A model generated the notes under the pieces. That model worked only from the letters and a program-made list of their open reading frames with translations. It was not told the DNA's origin and did no database searches. From IMG/VR virus record IMGVR_UViG_2698536480_000005, positions 1-3,823 of that record: 3,823 bases of DNA; one strand, 5' to 3'. A program made the translations under genes and the position numbers. This document shows, piece after piece, positions 1 to 3,823 of this stretch; the stretch's first letter is position 1; the number at the start of each line of letters is the position of its first letter. Source of the stretch: a virus. Taxonomy: Duplodnaviria > Heunggongvirae > Uroviricota > Caudoviricetes.

Positions 1-201
1 TTACCCATTGGCGCGGCTTAAGAGCTTATTTTTGAATTCACAATGGTCACGATATAACCATCTTGCTCGCCCGTGGATAACTTTGGCTTTTGGCAGGTCG
101 CCGGACTTAATCCGGTCATAGATGAAGGTTTTACCGAAGCCAGTATCGGCCATGATGAATTTCAAATCAACCAGTGAATCAGGCTGTAGTTCGTGTTGCA
201 T
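1..201 (-). CDS. xis: Excisionase-like / AlpA-family phage DNA-binding protein (66 aa), complete
   Basis: ATG at 201..199, TAA at 3..1. SD-like GGAGA 8 nt upstream of the ATG. Protein has the HTH core typical of AlpA/Xis (MerR-like) excisionases (LVDLKFIMADTGFGKTFIYDRIKSGDLP...GRARWLYRDHCEF). Assignment from memory of the family, not a search. Confidence 0.8.
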   Translation of the reverse strand: MQHELQPDSLVDLKFIMADTGFGKTFIYDRIKSGDLPKAKVIHGRARWLYRDHCEFKNKLLSRANG

Positions 202-242
202 GAGTGCTATCTCCGAATAGGGAATCGAACCTGCAAATCAGG

Positions 243-268
243 TAATAAAAAACCGCCATCAGGCGGCT
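243..268 (-). terminator. Rho-independent terminator (minus strand)
   Basis: Minus-strand RNA AGCCGCC-UGAU-GGCGGUU forms a 7-bp GC-rich stem (one G.U) with a 4-nt loop, followed by UUUUUUAUUA (plus strand 243-252 is A-rich). The TGA stop of the 55-aa ORF (261..259) lies in the loop. Confidence 0.6.
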
Positions 269-426
269 TGGTGTTCTTTCAGTTCTTCAATTCGAATATT
301 GGTTATGTCTGCATGTGCTATCTGCGCCCATAGCATCCAGTGGTCATAGCAGTCATTGATGTTCTCTGCTTCGATAACTCTGTTGAATGGCTCTCCATTC
401 CATTCACCTGTGACTCGAAAGTGCAT
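259..426 (-). CDS. Small hypothetical protein, 55 aa (MHFRVTGEWNGEPFNRVIEAENINDCYDHWMLWAQIAHADITNIRIEELKEHQAA); not in the ORF track
   Basis: Hand-translated: ATG at 426..424, uninterrupted frame to TGA at 261..259. Strong SD GGAGA (plus 433-437 revcomp) 6 nt upstream of the ATG. Stop sits in the loop of the downstream terminator. Mixed, non-repetitive amino-acid composition. No homology evidence. Confidence 0.45.
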   Translation of the reverse strand: MHFRVTGEWNGEPFNRVIEAENINDCYDHWMLWAQIAHADITNIRIEELKEHQAA

Positions 427-437
427 TTATCATCTCC

Positions 438-464
438 ATAAAACAAAACCCGCCGTAGCGAGTT
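438..464 (-). terminator. Rho-independent terminator (minus strand) downstream of the 93-aa gene
   Basis: Minus-strand RNA AACUCGC-UACG-GCGGGUU forms a 7-bp stem (one U.G) with a UACG tetraloop, followed by UUGUUUUAU (revcomp of plus 438-446). Lies 51 nt after the stop of the 515..796 CDS. Confidence 0.5.
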
Positions 465-514
465 CAGATAAAAGAAATCCCCGCGAGTGCGAGGATAGTT
501 ACTTGTTCATATTA

Positions 515-796
515 TTAATCGTCAATGTATTTTGAGCATTGTGGGCAATCATCAATCCCACAATACGATTCATATGCATCCTTTATTGCGTCGCGGGCTT
601 CAGTAAGAGTATTGAATAAGTTGCAGCTATTATCTTTTTGATATAGGTAAGTTCCTAATTTATAAGCAGAAGAAGCATCATTTCCGCTGTCTAAAATTAC
701 ATCGTTATGGATTCTGCACCTTGCAAGAACTCCTGATCCCATAAGGGTCTGCATAGCCCATTGCTCTTGATCTTCACACAAATCATGAATGCTCAT
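515..796 (-). CDS. Hypothetical small Cys-containing protein, 93 aa (moron-like cargo gene)
   Basis: Track ORF 515..814 starts at GTG; I prefer the ATG at 796..794 because GAGAGG/GAGGTG SD lies 5-7 nt upstream. TAA at 517..515. Gene looks AT-richer than its neighbours by eye. C-terminal YCGIDDCPQC (C-x4-C-x2-C) plus three other Cys. No family recognised. Confidence 0.7.
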   Translation of the reverse strand: MSIHDLCEDQEQWAMQTLMGSGVLARCRIHNDVILDSGNDASSAYKLGTYLYQKDNSCNLFNTLTEARDAIKDAYESYCGIDDCPQCSKYIDD

Positions 797-829
797 TTCA
801 ACACCTCTCTTCACGTTTCACACACGTTA

Positions 830-859
830 AGATTAACAGTGTTTTTACATGCTTTGGAA
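830..859 (-). promoter_or_regulatory. Candidate sigma70-type promoter for the 93-aa gene (tentative)
   Basis: In the AT-rich 114-bp gap between the DUF551 stop (911) and the 93-aa gene. On the minus strand: TTCCAA (plus 854-859) - 18 nt - TAATCT (plus 830-835). Sequence-pattern only; other AT-rich hexamers nearby are alternative candidates. Confidence 0.2.
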
Positions 860-910
860 GATTTATTTTATAAAAACTCTTTTAATACAAATAGATATAA
901 TAGTTCACTA

Positions 911-1579
911 TTATAGCTCCTTTAATCGAGGCGGTTCTGGTAGAGGCATCCAGTGGGTTACCTCTTTGAGATACAGGTCTTCGCCATCACCGTCATCCCA
1001 AGTTGGATTGCCATCATTAAACCAGTCGCCATATACGCCGACCTGAGTGTTGGGGATGTTTGGTGGGTAGTTGTTTTTAAAGTCAGCTGCTAACACATAG
1101 CATTGTCGCTCTCCCATTTCTGGCATTCGCTCACTACAGCTTATCCAACCATCCGGAGTTACCGGATAGTTGCCGGGTTCTTTAATGTGCAAGCGAGGCT
1201 CACCATCTTTTGGCTCAGGCCACTGGCGCTCCATGTTGATCTTCAATTTATCTTCCATAGCAGCGGTAATTTCAGCATCGCTGATGCCAGCACGGCGCTG
1301 TGCATCCCACAACAGAAACTGCATATCAGCCCACTCGCTAAGATCGTCTGGTTCGGCTGCGGCTTCCAGTGCCTCTTTTGAGAGATGTTTCAGCGGACCA
1401 ATGGGGCCAACGCAGCCAAATGTGGAGTCAGACCATTTGGCATGCTCGTGGCGAATCTGTTCGCGTTCCAGTGATGCCAGTGCAATTCGTGCCAGTTCCA
1501 TTTGTTCGCCACGAGTAAGTCCGTTATCAAGCGGATTTTTAATGAATAATTTGATACGTTCTTTGGTTATAGCGCTCAT
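911..1579 (-). CDS. DUF551-domain phage protein, 222 aa
   Basis: Track ORF 911..1612 begins at TTG; I prefer ATG at 1579..1577, preceded by AAAGGAGAG SD and sitting 1 nt after the TGA of the upstream ea22-like gene (TGAtATG coupling). C-terminus ...YGDWFNDGNPTWDDGDGEDLYLKEVTHWMPLPEPP matches the DUF551 signature as I recall it. N-terminal ~130 aa unrecognised. Confidence 0.8.
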   Translation of the reverse strand: MSAITKERIKLFIKNPLDNGLTRGEQMELARIALASLEREQIRHEHAKWSDSTFGCVGPIGPLKHLSKEALEAAAEPDDLSEWADMQFLLWDAQRRAGISDAEITAAMEDKLKINMERQWPEPKDGEPRLHIKEPGNYPVTPDGWISCSERMPEMGERQCYVLAADFKNNYPPNIPNTQVGVYGDWFNDGNPTWDDGDGEDLYLKEVTHWMPLPEPPRLKEL

Positions 1580-1580
1580 A

Positions 1581-2132
1581 TCACTCTCCTTTGATGCGAA
1601 TGCCTGTTGCAATGCTGTTTATGATGCTGTCAGTGCATGGGGTAGAAAGCTGGGCATCTCCAGCAATTCTCATGACCTCAACATCTGCATATCGAATACC
1701 GAGGTGTATCAGACCGGCTATACCTGACTTAAGCCGAGCATTTTCCATAAACAGATCCTTTGCCCGCTGTTTTTCTGCCTCAAGCTCAACGCGCAACTTC
1801 CCTACCGTTAACGCAATCTCCTCGTTCTCCTGGTCGCGGCGTTTGATGTATTGCTGGTTTCTTTCCAGCTCATCCAGCAGCGCCAAGACGGTAGCGGGAT
1901 TGGCTGCGGCGATGAATTCAGCATTGGCCTGCTGTTCCATTTGGAAATCTTCATCGAAACCGCTTTCTGGATGCGCTCCTTCAATTCTGCAAATAGGAAT
2001 ATATCCAGCAACTTCACGATGAATTAGCGCATCATCACCATCAAATCGGCTCTCTCCATATTCGAGCGACCACTCACCACACGTTGCTTTTTCTGCCTTA
2101 GCACGCAGTGCCTGATAGTCAATCTTGCTCAC
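1581..2132 (-). CDS. ead/Ea22-like family phage protein, 183 aa
   Basis: GTG start at 2132..2130 with a strong AGGAGG SD 6 nt upstream; the GTG overlaps the TGA of the upstream gene (GTGA). N-terminus [21 protein letters not shown] and the NPATVLALLDELE motif followed by a coiled-coil segment are characteristic of Ea22-like proteins of E. coli lambdoid prophages (recalled, not searched). Confidence 0.8.
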   Translation of the reverse strand: MSKIDYQALRAKAEKATCGEWSLEYGESRFDGDDALIHREVAGYIPICRIEGAHPESGFDEDFQMEQQANAEFIAAANPATVLALLDELERNQQYIKRRDQENEEIALTVGKLRVELEAEKQRAKDLFMENARLKSGIAGLIHLGIRYADVEVMRIAGDAQLSTPCTDSIINSIATGIRIKGE

Positions 2133-2560
2133 TGGTTGCCTCCTTTGCGAAGCTGGGCGGCAAAAGCTACTGCGTGATCATGATGCTCAAGTGTGTATGC
2201 TCGCTCCGCAAACATCTCCACCCCCTGCGCCCGTACTTCAGCCAGGAAAGCATCGGTAGCTGGAGTTTCAGTAACATCATCTTCCCATTCGCTAAACTCC
2301 TCACGACAAAAGTCATTAAATTCCTTCTCAGATTGCTTAAGCGATGTATTTTCAGCAGCCATCTTCGCGCATTTAGCCTCAAGGTTATCAATCGTGATTC
2401 CAGCAGAACGACACTCCCGCAACTCCGTTTCCAGTTTTGATTCAAGCTCACCGAACTTACGCACCAGATATTCAGCGTTTGTTTCGTTAACCTTTAAATC
2501 TCGTGGGATGCATTTACCTTTCAGAAAACCATCCATCTCAATTAGTGACATTTGTTTCAT
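2129..2560 (-). CDS. Hypothetical phage early protein, 143 aa, coiled-coil rich; possibly an Ea22-like module
   Basis: ATG at 2560..2558 overlaps the TGA of the 54-aa ORF (ATGA); TGA at 2131..2129 overlaps the next GTG start. Central heptad-like segment ([50 protein letters not shown]). Weak SD (GGAG 9 nt upstream). Confidence 0.7.
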   Translation of the reverse strand: MKQMSLIEMDGFLKGKCIPRDLKVNETNAEYLVRKFGELESKLETELRECRSAGITIDNLEAKCAKMAAENTSLKQSEKEFNDFCREEFSEWEDDVTETPATDAFLAEVRAQGVEMFAERAYTLEHHDHAVAFAAQLRKGGNQ

Positions 2561-2721
2561 TTCTTCCCACTCCGCAACATCGCATTCAGATATTTGTTTT
2601 GATTCACTGATGGAAAAGAATTTCTCTTAAGCAATTCCTCTCTCGATGGCATTGGCTTTACGCGTTGGCGAATAATCATTTCTGCCGGAAGAATGCCTGG
2701 ATTGTATGCAAGTCCTCTCAT
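2557..2721 (-). CDS. Small hypothetical protein, 54 aa ([54 protein letters not shown]); not in the ORF track
   Basis: Hand-translated: ATG at 2721..2719, 17 nt after the stop of the 104-aa gene, with SD AGAGGA 7 nt upstream. TGA at 2559..2557 overlaps the ATG of the next gene (ATGA). No homology evidence. Confidence 0.45.
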   Translation of the reverse strand: MRGLAYNPGILPAEMIIRQRVKPMPSREELLKRNSFPSVNQNKYLNAMLRSGKK

Positions 2722-2737
2722 GGTAAATTCCTCTTTG

Positions 2738-3052
2738 TTAATTTATTCGTATGCCTGCTCTTTCTTCATCGAGTTTTTTTAGCTTGTATCGCATAGCTCT
2801 CACTGAATAAATTGAGCGGCAGGTTGCAATTGCTATTTCTTCTGCGGAGAACTTACCGAAAAGTGATACTTCGGCTCTTGTCCATCGTCTTCCACGAAGT
2901 CGGCTAACAATGTCAGCGCCAATCCTTGTTGCTTTCGCCATTACTGCTTTTTCAGTCCTTTCCAGTTTTTCAGCGATAACTTCAACTGGCATTGTCGCCG
3001 CCACTTCGCGCAAGAAATCGACTTCCCATTTCTCCCATGGAGTCTTTTTCAT
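2738..3052 (-). CDS. Hypothetical protein, 104 aa, with an internal tandem repeat resembling two HTH/Myb-like units; putative DNA-binding
   Basis: ATG at 3052..3050, TAA at 2740..2738. Two related segments ([36 protein letters not shown] and [35 protein letters not shown]) with a conserved aromatic-acidic-hydrophobic pattern. SD is weak. Functional call is inference. Confidence 0.65.
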   Translation of the reverse strand: MKKTPWEKWEVDFLREVAATMPVEVIAEKLERTEKAVMAKATRIGADIVSRLRGRRWTRAEVSLFGKFSAEEIAIATCRSIYSVRAMRYKLKKLDEERAGIRIN

Positions 3053-3063
3053 AGTCGATACCG

Positions 3064-3546
3064 TTATTTGATAAGAAGTGAAGGTTTCCCAACTTTGAGT
3101 TGAGCGCCAGGGATATTTATTCCTGCTTTTAGTTGGTGTTTGATTGCCAGTTTGTCGGCTTTAATTATCGTTTCAAACTCAACGTATTCAGGAGGAAGGG
3201 CGCTTGAGTCGATGATTTCTACAGTTTCTGACGGTTTGCGGATTGTTACCTGGTGAATACCTGCTCGAATATTTTTCTTGCCAACCATTTCAAGCGATGA
3301 CGCTATATATGATTTGATGCTGTCAATCTTATTTTGAATTACTGCGGCTCGCTCATTCAGCGACTTTGCCTCTTCCTTGAGGCGTTCAGCATAACCAGAT
3401 TCATTTTTAATGACGGAAAGAAGTTGCTCTATTTTATCGGTAAATTCTCCTTCCATGCCTTCTATTGTGTCAGCAATCATCTCTGGTTCTAAATCTGAAT
3501 CCATCAATTTTGCGTATTCATTGGCAATTTCATACAGTTTGCTCAC
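3064..3546 (-). CDS. Siphovirus Gp157 (Sipho_Gp157) family protein, 160 aa
   Basis: Track ORF 3064..3552 starts at TTG directly abutting a GGAGG; the GTG at 3546..3544 has that GGAGG 6 nt upstream and is the more plausible start. TAA at 3066..3064. Pattern SKLYEI...DTIEG.EGEF.DK.E....VIKNE....ERLKEE.K.L.ER...I..KID..K.Y....LE..G.K.I..G...V.IRK.P..VEI.D...LP.EYV......K.DK.AIK..LKAG..IPGA.L fits the Gp157 family as I recall it. Confidence 0.75.
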   Translation of the reverse strand: MSKLYEIANEYAKLMDSDLEPEMIADTIEGMEGEFTDKIEQLLSVIKNESGYAERLKEEAKSLNERAAVIQNKIDSIKSYIASSLEMVGKKNIRAGIHQVTIRKPSETVEIIDSSALPPEYVEFETIIKADKLAIKHQLKAGINIPGAQLKVGKPSLLIK

Positions 3547-3787
3547 TGGCAACCTCCAGTTTCGCTTTGCATTCTGCGTAAATGGCTTGTACGTTCTGCT
3601 GCAATTTCATTCCAGATGTCAGGCGATATGCTTCTGCAAAATATCGCTTCAAATCATCCATGTTTTCTGCCTGAGCCATTTCATCACAAAGAAGTTGTGC
3701 TTTTTCCATTATTTCCTGCTGGCGTTTCCGTTCATCTTCGCGGATATCTTCCTCTGATTTGTGCGGCATAACTGGTTCCTGATGCAT
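3530..3787 (-). CDS. Hypothetical phage early protein, at least 85 aa; 5' end uncertain and may extend beyond the window
   Basis: TGA at 3532..3530, 17 nt inside the start of the Gp157 gene. In-frame ATGs at 3787 and 3769 (the latter with AGGAA 5 nt upstream). The frame stays open with no stop from 3787 to the window edge at 3823. Charged, helical-looking composition. Confidence 0.5.
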   Translation of the reverse strand: MHQEPVMPHKSEEDIREDERKRQQEIMEKAQLLCDEMAQAENMDDLKRYFAEAYRLTSGMKLQQNVQAIYAECKAKLEVASEQTV

Positions 3788-3823
3788 ACCTTCATCTTCG
3801 TTAAGCAGGTGTGAACCGCCCCG

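Noticed and set aside
1-201. Calling the first gene alpA, the CP4-57-type regulator
   Set aside because: The sequence differs from E. coli K-12 AlpA as I recall it, and the lambdoid early-gene context fits a phage excisionase better. I kept the generic AlpA/Xis-family label; the xis symbol is tentative.
304-348. Short plus-strand ATG-initiated ORF (about 14 codons) in the xis-proximal interval
   Set aside because: Too short, no SD, and it overlaps the better-supported minus-strand 55-aa ORF.
796-814. GTG start at 814 for the 93-aa gene, TTG start at 1612 for the DUF551 gene, and TTG start at 3552 for the Gp157 gene, as given by the ORF track
   Set aside because: Each has an in-frame ATG or GTG a few codons downstream with a much better-placed Shine-Dalgarno sequence (ATG 796, ATG 1579, GTG 3546). 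The track appears simply to take the first possible start after the upstream stop.
1170-1727. 185-aa plus-strand ORF, and the other plus-strand ORFs at 849..1046, 1103..1381, 1591..2022, 2108..2440, 2193..2630 and 3410..3757
   Set aside because: All lie antisense inside well-supported minus-strand genes. Their translations are Ser/Arg/Leu/Cys-rich and low-complexity, typical of shadow ORFs, and none has a convincing SD or start context.
1808-2017. 69-aa minus-strand ORF, and the 94-aa minus-strand ORF at 2167..2451, in alternative frames
   Set aside because: Both are fully embedded out of frame within the ead/Ea22-like and 143-aa genes, which have strong SDs and coupled starts. Arg-rich composition suggests frame artefacts.
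1-3823. A defence system, CRISPR array, tRNA/rRNA gene or IS/transposon in the window
   Set aside because: No direct-repeat/spacer array, no tRNA-like structure, no terminal inverted repeats or transposase-sized ORF, and no large enzymatic (nuclease, ATPase, methyltransferase) ORF. Every ORF is 160 aa or less except the 183-aa Ea22-like and 222-aa DUF551 proteins. A multi-gene defence system is not supported by what I can see.

Overview
This 3.8 kb window reads as the integrase-proximal end of a lambdoid-type enterobacterial prophage early-left operon. Every gene I can support is on the minus strand, transcribed right to left. From right to left: an 85-aa ORF open to the window edge, a Sipho_Gp157-family protein, a 104-aa protein with an internal HTH-like repeat, an unlisted 54-aa ORF, a 143-aa coiled-coil protein, an ead/Ea22-like protein, a DUF551-domain protein, then an AT-rich moron-like 93-aa Cys-containing gene with a candidate promoter and an intrinsic terminator, a second unlisted 55-aa ORF bracketed by two intrinsic terminators, and an AlpA/Xis-family excisionase-like gene at the left edge. 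Most operon genes are translationally coupled through overlapping or near-overlapping stop/start codons, and several track ORFs start at GTG/TTG where an SD-supported start nearby is more likely. I see no tRNA, rRNA, CRISPR array, IS element or large enzymatic defence gene. Family assignments are from recall of protein-family signatures, not from a search. The points worth follow-up are the moron-like unit, the two small unlisted ORFs, and the uncharacterised small early proteins as anti-defence or regulatory candidates; I do not see a clear novel multi-gene system.
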